The notes under the pieces were generated by a model. The model was not told the origin of the DNA. It made no database searches and saw nothing but the letters and a program-made list of their open reading frames with translations. A stretch of DNA of 64,000 nucleotides, taken from assembly GCA_973895155.1 (NCBI GenBank), contig OZ316894.1, positions 11,525,892-11,589,891 of the forward strand, given 5' to 3'. Source of the stretch: Marsupella aquatica. Lineage: Eukaryota > Plantae > Marchantiophyta. This document shows positions 1-11,620 of this stretch, piece after piece; positions within the stretch are counted from its first letter, which is position 1; each line of letters begins with the position of its first letter. A program made the position numbers and the translations under genes.

Positions 1-1168
1 GGCAAGCGCACGGGCCACCGAGAAAAGTAAAGGATGCATGTGTTAGTGGGGAGGGATCTTAGCAAAAACAGGGGAAAGCAAGGGAACTTGCTGCTAAAAT
101 CAGCTGAACGATTGCACGGTTCCTATAATATTTAGTGGACCTTAAGGCCGTCTGTTCACCCCCCCACCCCACCGCCAGAGCATGGGGCACAAGGCATGTT
201 CTGATACAGGGAGGAGCGAAACAGTCATGTCAAGCAAGAAGTGTGGAGAGACCAATCAGTAAGCAAAAATAGGGGAGAACATACATACATCAGCAGCAGC
301 AGGAAACAAGAAAGATGATTTTGGGTGGCATCTTAGGGTCGGGGACACCACTGCAACACCGGGACTTAGGATATGACTAAATGTAAGCTACACAGTCCTC
401 CGTTCTCTTCAACAATTACCTTAAACAGTGAAGTAATCTAAATGGATGTTGATCAAAATCAATTGCAACTACGCGGCCCTTGGTTCTGCTGTGGCTACAG
501 TAGCCAAGAGAACAACTCAGAGCCTTGATTGAAGACTGTGCTCTCAAACTAAGCTAAAGACAAAGAGATATAGAGAGAGACAAAAAAAAGTTGACAGGAG
601 TGCAAAGCGAGAACCCACTCCCGTTCTTTCAACACCCTAAACCCCGCTGCCTGACTTAAGTTGCATGGCGACAGAAGCAGTCATTGAAAACTTACCTTGT
701 GATGACAAAAACGCTCTGGGATGGGCTGCTACTCCCAGGACTATCCCACACTCTTAGCGCCCCGTTGCTATTGAGCCACACTTCAGTTCAGCCGCGCACG
801 CTCAATCTTTGTCATTCAGCTAAGTTCAGCTCCGCAGGGCCTGGACTCACTCTCATCCAATTTCAGTTGATCAGTATTGCAGCTCTCTGCTCCCAAGAAC
901 AGGTCCTTGCGTTTGTTGAGCGCCTCTATAGACTCACTTACCTCCAAAAACACTGAAAGTTTTTATCTGCATTACAATGAGCTCTAAAGACCAAAAACAT
1001 TCCCGCCTAAACTGAAATAGAGTCCGCAACTACAAGCTTTGCAGCTCAACTCTCTGAGCTCTCCCAGCTCAAAGGTATCAGCATGTTGTACCCACACTTG
1101 ATCGAACGCTCTTCCAATGCTCGCTAGGTTGATCTTCCAATGCTCACGGTAAGCTATGGACACCAAGC

Positions 1169-1969
1169 TCAGAAGACCGTGGGGAGACAACTAAACTTGC
1201 AGCGACGTAGGACCGCAAAGATAGGGATTACAGCTTTACCTGGGGTGATGCAGCACCAAGCCGTGCTGCGTAGCAATCCGCAGCAAGAATAGTCCAAATG
1301 CAAGCCAAGTGACAAGCTCCTGGTTCTCGATCCCAAGTTGCAACTGAATATCGAATTCACTCTCCTAGCTTCAAGGAATGAGTGTCTATTGAATGTTGAA
1401 TTAAATTCTCGCAAACTCTTCACAGTGCTTCCCGTAGTGCCTATTGTCGATGCAACACACAATCACTCTTGATGCCTACTACTCACATTCCCTTTTCTCA
1501 ATGCAACACACACTCGCTCTTCTTGCCTCCTACTACTCACATTGCCCAACGATCAACGAAAGCAGAAGGACAGGACAGGGAGAACCCTTTTGCAGCTCAG
1601 GACGGCAAGGCTAGGAGTGTATACACATCGGGCCGCAATAAGGTCCAACCTCAACTTCAAAAAGTGCAACGCCAAAACTGGAAGTCGGGTCCAATAACAG
1701 TCGTTAGTAGGATGTGAAAAAACCCCTAAAGTTGCAGCATTGCCATACTCTACTTCCTCACCCGGTAGCGCTAGGCATTCGACCTCTCTCTTCCAAAGAC
1801 CTCGATGACCTCCCACCAGCTCAATGACGATGGCACGCAAAGCTTCCGTTTGGCTTGCAAACCCTTGAGGCAAACCAACTCCCTTGGAGACCCTTCCCAA
1901 AACCCTATGCGGGAGAGAAATGCCGAACGTGAAGACCACTCACTTGTCTTCCCATTGAAGTGGAGACAT
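1169..1969 (-). pseudogene. Decayed reading frame of unknown identity, possibly a further gene inside the CACTA element
   Basis: ATG at 1969 (MSPLQWEDK*). The ORFs 1553..1939 and 1169..1462 lie in the same frame and are separated only by TGA codons. An internal duplication gives NVSSRRQEERVCVA / NVSSRHQE*LCVA. No family recognised. Confidence 0.25.
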
Positions 1970-2878
1970 TAGTTCACAAAAGAGACACAAAAGTCTATGA
2001 TTTGCCTAATTTGTTTTTTCCTTTGAAACCAAAGGACTTACGCAATAGTTATATGTGGGGTGAGTGGTTAGTCACAACTTTGAACCACCCCCTTTGGTGA
2101 AAATGTGGCCAAATATTCAGGTATGACCCCACATTACCATTATGAAGTACACTTTTTTAGGGTTGGGGTAGTGAAGAGCTGATCATATATATTTAAGTTG
2201 GACATTTAAGTTGGACTTATATTGAACATGAAGCATGCATGCATTGGTTGTCATATATGAAGGGGGCCGGGGAAACATGGTGGTTTCTGGGGCATGGCAA
2301 TAAGTAAACCCAACCTACATATGTGAGGCTGAAATTGGGTGATAATTAAGCACGCCTTTGGCACGACCAGAAGACGTCGATAGAAAAATTAGAGATTGAC
2401 TACAAAAAGCATTAAGTTAGGTTAGCAAGCTTTGACAAATCCTTTTTGCAGTTGAATGGGGCTGGGGCGCGCTTCATGGTGTCTAGATGGGGGTAGGAAT
2501 AATGATGGAATACTCAGTAATGGCATGGTTTAAAATGGTATGACCAAACTAGAATTAAATCTATGTGGAGTGACATATGGTGTATCCAAAATCATATGTA
2601 TTGGGTTAGATCTCATACTTTAAGGTTGAAGGGCTCAAATGTTGTGCTCTCATAAGTTGTACTCTAATGTAGAGTCGCTTGTATGACTTCAACCTAATTG
2701 CCTTAACTGAGTTATAGTTACAACTTCCCTAAAAGTTGTAAACATGACTCCTCAAAACTTCACCAAAACTCAGTCAAGAAGGTGTGACTAACATGACACC
2801 AATAACCTTGGAGTCGCTGTTTCATGAAGGTCTCGGACAAGTCACATTCTTTGTGGTCTCAGAAAGGGTGGGTTTCTT

Positions 2879-5800
2879 CTAGTGTTGGTCACCTTCAATG
2901 TCCTCTACATCTGACACAAAAATAGTGTCTGGCTTGTCTGAAACAATGGAACGAGACCGTGGCACATATGTGATGACAAGTGACCACTCTGGGTCTAAGG
3001 GGTATGGAACGTAGAAACATTGCTCCAAGTGAGATGGGAAAGTAAATGGCTCTGACGTTTGCCAATGAGATGCTTGAAAACTAGTGGCACTTGTCCTCAA
3101 CCGTGTAAACCCACTCTCATCTTGGAGTACAGTGCGATTATTACCAACAAGGTTCACTTTGAATCACTTGCACTTGAAGACATACTCCTCAAACTTAGAT
3201 TGGTTGTCATATGAGACCACCAAAATCTCCTCTATCTTCCCATAGTGTGGCACAACATCACGAACAATGTTCCTGTCATGTCGGCTACTCCGGGAGTCCT
3301 GACAAAACTGCCCTTGAACTCCACAATCAACAGTACGAGCCCTCTTCTCATCAAGGGAAGAAATCCTGAAATTAACAAGACCCATATATTGTTACTACTA
3401 CACAAAAAACACTAATCATGTTATGAGGAACCTTTCATACCAAAAGAGAAAAACACACTTATCTTAAGTAAAATGATTACTATATCTTAAGTAGTAGTAC
3501 ATGAATATGGAAAACAAGGTTATGAACTAGTGAAACCTGAAGTGTCTCCCTTGGGTCCACATGGCCGTCTTGGATGTTACCACTCTCAAAGGGCCATGAA
3601 CAATGGTCCGAATGTCATTTGTCATAGTAGGAAACTGTGATACATCTCCTCCTTGTGCCAAAATGCCATCCAACTCAACCAACTTTTCCTTCATAAACTC
3701 ATGCAACTTAGGAAAAATCCTTGCCCTTTGACTCATTCTTTTGGCATTGTCATAAAACTCCCTCCATTCATCCATGACATTGCTATTACTCAACATGAAT
3801 GTATTCAACTGTGTCCACTCTGTTGCTGTAAGCATGCATGTTTTTGTTGCTCCTGTTAAATGGTCCTCCTCCTCTTGCCTCTCCTCCATCCAAGTACGTG
3901 GTAAAGTCCGATCAATGGTGGCCAAGATGTTACTACAATAAAACATGCTCTCTGCAGCCAAGTATCCTGTAGCTATGCTTCCCTCCACTCGTGCACGGTT
4001 ACGTACATAAGCCTTCAAGACTGACATGTAACGCTCAAGCCAGTACATCCATCGACAATGAACTGGACCAGCAATGGCAACCTCCCTCACAAGATGCACA
4101 AGTAAATGAACCTGACAATCAAAGAAGGAAGGAGGGAGGGCCTTCTCCAACTTGCAAACCACCTCAGCAGCCAATACCTCCATTCCAGGAATCTCTTCCA
4201 CATATATCTCCTTTGAGCATATCCATCTCAACAAACGACCCAATGACCAAATGGCATCTTGCACTTCTTTGGTCCCCAACCCTATAATTGCCACTGGCAA
4301 TATATGCTGCAATAAGCGGTGATAGTCATGTGTCTTGAGATACCGTGGCCATTTGTGATTGTCCTCCATCCCAAAAGCTTTCCTCAAATTGGCACCATAG
4401 CCTGTAGGAAACCGCATCTCCCCTATACGATTCCAGAATTCACGTCTTTGGCCAACACTAAGCACCCAAGGAGCAGAAGGATGATGTTCCAAACCTGTGG
4501 CAGGATCAACTTGTACCCATACATCTGGATGCATTTCCAACTCTTCACATGCCTCCCTGAAGTTAGTGTCCTTCTCCCCATAAAAATGAGCTATCAACGC
4601 CTTCCCCACATTTCCCTCTATGTGCATGGGGTCTAAAAGATGGCGGATCTTCACCTCTGACCAATAGGGCAAACTGGCTAGTATACTCCACCTCGTCAAC
4701 CCAGTACCATCAAAGGTGAGGGGATCATCAGGGTCTGCCACCCTATCAGCTAGTGACTTCCAATGCCCAAAAGTTGTTGGTTCCGGAATTTCCCGCATAT
4801 CACCAAGGGGCATGTCAAAGGAGGAAAATAAAAGTGGGTCAGACCTCATCTCATGCCCCATCGGAAGAAACTTTGTATGCCCAATGTAAACAATCTTCCT
4901 AAGCCATGGGGACCAAATTGCCATATCTTGCAATTGTGGACCACAGGTGGAGCAAGCTTTGTACCCCTGAGTTTGCAATCCAGAGACAAAGCCAAACCCT
5001 GGTTACACCAAAAATAAAACCAGACTAAATGTTAGGGTTGTCACATGACAAACAAGTATATTAAAGAGCATATCAAAGAAGGGTGGCATATGGTCAAAAA
5101 GTCATCTTACCAGGATAGTCATGCATTGTCCAACAAACTACCCCTCTCAGTTTAAATACACGTGGAATGCCTCCTGTATTTTTCCTGCCATCATATGCCC
5201 ACACTCCACCCCACAATTTTTGGAGTTCTCCAATCAATAGTGCCAAATAAGTGTCAAAGTTCTTCACCTTTTTTGGACCTGGAATAATCAAAGACAGCAA
5301 GAGGAACCCCTTCTTCATGGATAGCCATGGTGGAAGGTTGTAATTCATCACAACCACAGGCCAAACTGATGTAGGTCTTCCCTTGCCTCCAAGGGCATGA
5401 GGACTAACCCCATCAGATGCCAATCCCAACCTCACATGACGAGGATCATGTGCAAAGTCTGGCCATGTTTCCTCAATATGTTTGACTGCAAGAGAGTCAA
5501 TTGGCAACCGCATAACACCAGGCTCTGATCGATGAGTCTTATGCCATACCATCAACTCTGCCAAATCAGAACACCTGTACATGTGCAACAACCGAGGAAT
5601 GATGGGAAACCAACGAACAGCTTTTCTTGGCACCTTCTTTGTAATCATGTTGGGGTCATACCGTGGCTCATGACATTCAGTACACTGTGTCTTCTTCTCA
5701 TCGGCCCCATGAAATAACATGTAATCATTCACACATGCATGAATGATATGATATTCCATGCCAATTGATGAGAGAACACGCTTGGCCTCCTTCCAAGTTC

Positions 5801-7590
5801 CTGGCAACACATTGCCAGAAGGTAACATAAGGTCATGGCAAAGTGCAAACATATCAGATAACAAGGCATTGCTTGCCTTGTGTTTGGCCTGTAGATTCAT
5901 CAACCCCAAGATAGCAGAAAGACGACTCAAACGAGCACCCTCATAGATAGGAGTTCGGGCATGTTTCTCTGCTTCCTCCCATTGGCGCTGTCCCTCGGGG
6001 GTATGTCTTGGTCGTGGATCATTGGGGGGCACATGACCTCCTTGATCAGCAGACACCTCAGCATCATCTCCAGGGACGTCAACACCAAACCAATCAACCA
6101 TAAAATCATCCATGGCTCTATCTTGGTCATCAATAACCTATTCATATGTTCTGGGTACATTGCGATCAGGGTTGTTGCTTCCACTGTCACTTGATGAGGA
6201 ATGTGACTCAGAGCCTTGTCCTTCTTCTGGCATACCCATTTCCCGATATGCTGCTCTCAATCTCCGCGGTAACATATTTTGAGAGGGTCGCACATTCTAA
6301 AAACAATGCAAACAATTGAAAGTTACAAAGCAAATAGTTACAACATGTAGAAGAATATATGGGGGTGTGCAAACATGAAATAATATCGGTACTGGTGTAA
6401 ATACAAAATGTGGCCAAACGCCATGTGTATGGTCATTTTCTAATCCCACACATAGTGAGTAAACAACTCATCACCTGAGTGAATGGTCCTAGTAGCTACA
6501 ACCAGACAATGGTCATGATGATATGTCTGGCCATAAGGGGCTGGTGGAGGACCCTCAATGAAAACCCACTCACAATTTTGCCTACGCTTGGGGCGAGTCC
6601 CCACAGTACTGTTTATGAAACCAGCTATATTCCCAGTTCGTATGGGGTCCCCATCTATCACCCGTTGCTCACTATACCTCCTAGTGTTTCCATCAAAAGT
6701 ATCTAACTCCAAGGCATAAGTCTTCCACTCAGGATGTTGTGCAAGGATCATGTTCCAATGTCTTCTCTTGTAGATGGGTCCACCATAAGGAAACAACGTA
6801 GGTCCTTCTCGACCGCGTCCATCACTACCACTCTCGGTATCCACAATGATGTCTTCACAAGCAAAAACTCCATAGCCATGTCTATCCCCAAGTGTGGAAG
6901 GTTTGATAACCCAACGTCTTCCCCAAACCTCTACCTCCTCACCATAGGAAAGCTCTTGTGGCAAACCAAGAGTCTGGGGATCCCAGTCCTTGATGATAGG
7001 AACACATCTGCCAGTAAACTCACAATCACCCCACCTACCGGTAACCACTGCCTTGTACAAATCAGTATCCCCTCGGGGCCGTCTCTTGGAACGCTTTCTC
7101 CCTCTTGGGACAACAGGCTCACCCCCAACTGCCCTAGGACTGGAGGGGGCTGTTGCTAGACCCAAGGCTTGTGAGAATGCATTGCCTATAGCATCTAGAA
7201 CACCTTGTGATGGGACATAAGGTGCTGATGCCGCAGGTCTAGGCCTACTAGATACCTATTCCACCCAAACCAAAACAAACAACAAGAGGTATGAAATTAA
7301 AACCCTTCACCATTGCGATGTGGAAATAGGGTAGAAACTAAGGCGTAAACACTTACCACATGGGATGAGGAAGCCCCTGTTGTATGACGTCCGTAACGTC
7401 CATATCTCTCAATATGCTGGGTGCATATATAGGACTTTTGGGAAACCTGACCCACGCATTTGGCACATTGGCAAAGCTGACGGGGTGGACCACGAGGAGG
7501 AGGTGCAGTCGTGTGAGGTTGAGGAGGAGGTGGTATATCTTCATCGGAGGAGGAAGAATCTGTGGTGGAGATCTCAGAAGATGAAGACAT
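2879..7590 (-). pseudogene. CACTA TnpD-like transposase (Transposase_21 + DUF4218 + DUF4216), predicted exons 7590-7357, 6296-5111, 4998-3537, 3365-2879, with two nonsense codons
   Basis: Motifs: IHACVND, RHVRLGLASDGVSP, SVWPVVVMNYNLPPW, TMHDYPG|FGFVSGLQTQGYKAC (joined by a GT-AG phase-1 intron), LDPMHIEGNV, LKTHDYHRLLQ, PPSFFDCQVHLLVHL, GPVHCRWMYWLERYM, FKCK*F, EPFTFPSHLEQCFYVP. In-frame stops are TAG 6140-6138 and TGA 3166-3164, the latter at the expected W of FKCKW. Confidence 0.9.
6440..7590 (-). CDS. Transposon-encoded SET-domain protein (~349 aa; exons 7590-7357 and 7255-6440)
   Basis: SET motifs in order: PSTLGDRHGYGVFACEDI (GxG), FPYGGPIY (YxG), GNIAGFINST (RFINHS-like, His absent), VATRTIHSGDELFTHY (ELxFxY). 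The donor GTG|GTAAGT at 7357 and acceptor AATAG|GTA at 7255 join in phase 0 with no stops. Basic NLS-like RGRKRSKRRPR. The N-terminal exon has CQCAKC..C..H. Confidence 0.82.
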
Positions 7591-8214
7591 TGCCCCTACA
7601 AAGATGTATAATTTGCAAGTTAGGGGTTATTACCAAATAACATCACAATATCAAGCTGGACAAATGTAAGTTCTCAAGTAATGATGACATGAAACCAAAC
7701 ACAAAAGGAACACTAAAAAATACCTTTCTGAGACCCAGGCTCAGCGGTGCCAATAGGTCTTGTGGCTCTAAAATAATGAACCGAATCTGGAAGTATGAGA
7801 AAAGCTGCAAGTACACAAAGCGAACACCTTACATACATGTCCTCTTTATAGATAGTGGGAACCAAAAATTTTAATTACATGAATAAGCCTAACTAGACCC
7901 ATCTATTTTAGTCCGTACCTCCAGATGCCCGGGCTCTCACGATGCATACGCATTAGCTAGTATCAATTCATGCAAAAGTGCCGCACCCTGCAAGTTGTCA
8001 TAGCTCCACCTCCTTTGTTAGCATAAAACCCATGGAAAAACCATTAAAACCCAAAAGATCCATAAAACCCATTAAAACCCATAAAACCCATGGTAAAACA
8101 ACTAAAACATTAATCTCATCTAACCTTGCTTTGCCTTTTCCAAACCCTCACCCCCAAACCTCTGACCTATTACAAAAACCTAGACCCTCACTCCCAATCC
8201 CCTTCCTCTCTTTT

Positions 8215-8345
8215 GTTTTAAACCCTAAACCCTTGCTTGAACCCTAAAAGCCTACAACCATAAATGCAAACCCTGCTTAAACCCAAAATTAAAGACTTAA
8301 ACCCTAAACCCAAACCCAACTTTAATCCTAAACCCTTTCCTCACT
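8215..8345. promoter_or_regulatory. AAACCCTA (telo-box-like) cluster in the divergent intergenic region of the CACTA element
   Basis: Repeated AAACCCTAAA/AAACCC between the minus-strand TnpD/SET unit and the plus-strand ORF2. Regulatory function is inferred only. Confidence 0.35.
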
Positions 8346-8956
8346 TATTAATTTTAAACCAAAACCCAACTCTTATCAAAATTAGCCTACACCCACACCA
8401 TGTATAGCTTAAAAAACGGAAGGTTTGACTGGTAATCTCGCTTTTAACCCCTAAAAAAACCAGCTTCATCCAAGACCCAACCCTAACAAACGTCGGGATT
8501 TGAAACGGCGGAATTTCTTAATTACACAAAAGGGCATAGTATAACTTACATGGCCTAAACAAAAGGAGGAGGGAAAGAATGTGAAAAAAAAATTTGCCAG
8601 GAATTGCCACGATATTGAGAACCGACCTGCTTCGCAACCTGCTTCAGAATTTGGTCACATTATTTGCGAAGCAAAATGTTTCGCAACAGCTTCGGAAAAA
8701 TAGAGCCCGAGAGCGTTTTTTCGCGTCTCTGCAGCTTTGCAAAGGCTTTGCGAAGCGTGTGGTTTCGCATTGGTTTTGGAAAGTTGAGATACTAGTTGCG
8801 AAGCGGGCTGATTCGCAAATTGCGATGCGGACTGCGTCGCAAATGTGTTTTGTCTGGGCATTTGGACCTTCCCGCCGGGTTACGAGGCCCATTCAACGTT
8901 TTTTGAAGTGAGGGAGGGCAGGAGGAGAGCTTGCGCGCGCTTGGTATTGGATAGCT

Positions 8957-11061
8957 ATGGATTCTAGTGGAGGGCGTGGAGGGGATGGGGCAGGGGCAAG
9001 TGGGAGTGGCAATAGCAATGGAGGGAACAGGAATGAGGAGAGTAATCAATGGACGAATTTGATGGCCGAGCATCTCAATGCCACACAGCTGAGCCATTTG
9101 GATTTGAGTACACCAGCTGGGATTGCTTCTTTGAGTGCAATTCTAGGGCAAGCTTTGCAAACCGGGGTTGCAGCAGGGCAGGCTCAGAGGGAGAAAGAGG
9201 CAAAGGCTGCAGCTGAGGAGAAGGCCAGAGAGAAGAAACGAAAGAAGGAGGAGAGGGCTAAGGCAGGAGTACTCTCTCCTGCAGCCCTCGAAAAGAAGAG
9301 GAGAAGGGAGGAACGAGATGAGATTCGAGCACAACGTGAGGCGCAGCGGAAAAAGGAGGAAGAGAGGAAGAAGCTGCCATTGATTGCCTTGGTTGAGGGC
9401 ATTCCTACTGAGTTGGCCTACACTGGGGCAAAGAGCATTATCAGGCTTGCTGTGAGGACTAGCTTTGCACGAGGTGTTGAGTGGGGGAAACTAAGCAGAG
9501 CAGAGCAGAGGAAAGTAATGACTCAGGTCAAAGATTCATTCAGAAATGGAGCAGAGATTGATGACCAGTGGCTTGCAGATAGAATTTTGAATTCAATGTC
9601 TCAAGCACGATACCATGATAGGAGGAAGGTGAGGGCCTACCTGGCAAGCTTGCAGGAGTACAGGAACGTGAGGAGGCCAGTGCAATTCACAGAGGATGTG
9701 TGGAACGCGTTCTATAAGGTCGAGGTGCAGCTGAAAGCAACCAAGGACCTCCAATTCTGGAAGGAGAAGGAGGCCAAGGCACTTCAGGCCGGGAAGTCAG
9801 ACAAAGACCTCAAGGCATTGGCTGAGAAGGTCTCTCAACTGCAGCACATCATGGATGAAGTGGGGACACCACCCTAGAAGTTCATCCTTGTAGCAGACCG
9901 AGTCAGCAAACGCCCCAAGACCACACACAAGATGGGGCAAGGTGGACTTCCCGGCCTGAAAGCAACCTTCGTGAGTCCTCTCCCCTCCTCCCCTGCTTCT
10001 TTTCCTTCGCCTTCAATTGTTGTTTGCTTGCCTGCAATGCCCCTCGCAGACCTCTGCTTTACCCCTTATGGCCTCCCCTTTTGTTTTAGGTCACCCTGAC
10101 ACATTGCGTGCCTTAGCCATTTCTCGGATTTTTTTAAAAGCACAGTTTGCGAAACAATTGCAAAGCGGGTTGCCTCGCAATTGTTTCACAAACTCTATTA
10201 TAACCTTTTTCCCGTAAGGTTTGCGAAGCCATTGCGAAGCAATCCAATTCGCAGTCTATTTCGCAAACTTAAATATATTTGAATTTGCGAAGGTGGGAGT
10301 TTTGCAAAGCTTGTTTCATTTTGAAAAACGTTTAGTGTCGAGTGACAAATGTTTGTTAGGGTAATGGGGTTTTTTTCTGGTTAGGGTACCCTTTTTACCC
10401 TTTTTAGGATTCCTTTTTTGCTTAAGTACCCTTAGTTACTAACCCGGGCCCCTTATGTTTTGGTGTTTCATTTTTTTGTGGTAGTATAAGAGGTACCGCC
10501 GCAAGATAACAACAAAGGAGATGGAGATAGGGGCAGAGCATGGGGCCAGACATCTCTTTGAGTTGGTTGATGCAGAGTTGGCTAGTGTGAGTGATTTGTA
10601 GTACCCTTTCTAAACCCGCACCCATTCCATTTATAAGGTTTATACATTTTTCCTATTAACCCTAAACCCGAATTAACCTTGTGACATGGAAGCAGGATAA
10701 GGAGGAGCAGGAGGGGAGTGAGGATAGCAGTGAGGAGGATAGCGGCGCTGATGATGGGGACACTACCGGGGCCACCACGAGTGGGTCCAGAGGGGCAGGG
10801 AGTGCTGCCACACCTAGCACACCAGGAGACCAGGAGGATGATGATGAGGATGATGACGATGATGAGGATGAGCCAGATGGGGAGGAGCAGCAGGCACCAC
10901 CACCACCACCCCCTCCCGTCCAGCTCGTCCCGCCCAAAGCAAGAAGGACAAGGGGAAGAGGCCAGCAAAGAGGAGTAGGCGGGCTCCAGTCTAGAGGATG
11001 CAGATGTAGTTCACTCTATATGGCATATGGATTAGTCAAAGGACAGTGTCTTGGTATTTGA
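8957..11061 (+). pseudogene. CACTA second gene, TnpA/Transposase_24-like; predicted exons 8957-9970, 10485-10586, 10696-11061, with one nonsense codon
   Basis: The 306-aa ORF has a coiled-coil/basic region and a W..L....R..RP......W..F pattern. The frame continues past TAG 9875-9877 to ..KTTHKMGQGGLPGL (HxxGxxG, typical of Ptta/En/Spm proteins) and then a GTGAGT donor. Phase-0 exons lead to an acidic/Pro-rich tail. Confidence 0.65.
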
Positions 11062-11219
11062 TACCCCATAGGGTTTTAGAAAACCCTAATTTTTGTACAT
11101 TCAGGGATTTTTGGCATATATAAAGTTTTGCTTTGGTATCTTCATGTGGAGCAATAAGACCCCAACCCAATTATGAACCCAAATATACAAAACCCAGCCC
11201 TCAAACTATCCTTGTGAAA

Positions 11220-11620
11220 CACATGCGAACGCCATACTATCGCAAACTTGCCATACATTGAGTATTGGAACATTGCGATACTTTTGGTTCCGCAATTGTG
11301 CGACACCCTGACTGACACAGTTATGCGATACCATATGAATGGCAACGGAATTGTCAAGATAACAGCTTCGCAAATAAGTTATAGTTCAGAGCGCGTCGCA
11401 AACCGATAAAGAGTCTGTCGAGATCGCATAAATGTGATTTATGTGCGATAAAATAAGTTTCGCAGTGTGCGAAGGTGTTGCGAAGGGGTTGCGAAAGTCC
11501 GATTGCGAAGCTGTGGGTTTCAAAGAATGTGAAAGGGTTGCGATGCGGAATTTCATAATTTGGTCCTTTGTTAGTTGCGATGGGACGGGGTTCGCAAAAG
11601 GGGTCGGTAGTGTTGTAGTG
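11220..11620. repeat. CACTA terminal inverted repeat and subterminal TTGCGAA/TTCGCAA repeat array
   Basis: Dense copies in both orientations (e.g. ~11367, 11459, 11478, 11489, 11503, 11591), ending in TGTTGTAGTG at 11620. Confidence 0.85.

Larger units (their letters stand above)
2879..11620 (-). mobile_element. CACTA (En/Spm) DNA transposon; the other terminus was not found and probably lies left of 2879 or outside the window
   Basis: The terminus ...GGGTCGGTAGTGTTGTAGTG at 11620 reads CACTACAACACTACC on the minus strand. It has subterminal TTGCGA/TCGCAA repeats, TnpD-type transposase exons and a TnpA-like second gene. The flanking 3-mer ATG (11621-11623) is the candidate TSD inside a Copia RNase H codon run. 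Confidence 0.93.

Noticed and set aside
1169-3166. In-frame TGA codons as selenocysteine or an alternative genetic code
   Set aside because: Host genes here use TGA as stop (SAT 27990-27992, GLYK 30275-30277), and the TGAs are best explained as CGA/TGG transitions in methylated TE DNA.
6440-7165. SET ORF as an independent host gene starting at the TTG given in the ORF track
   Set aside because: There is no ATG. The frame extends to a splice acceptor at 7255 and sits between transposase exons inside the element.
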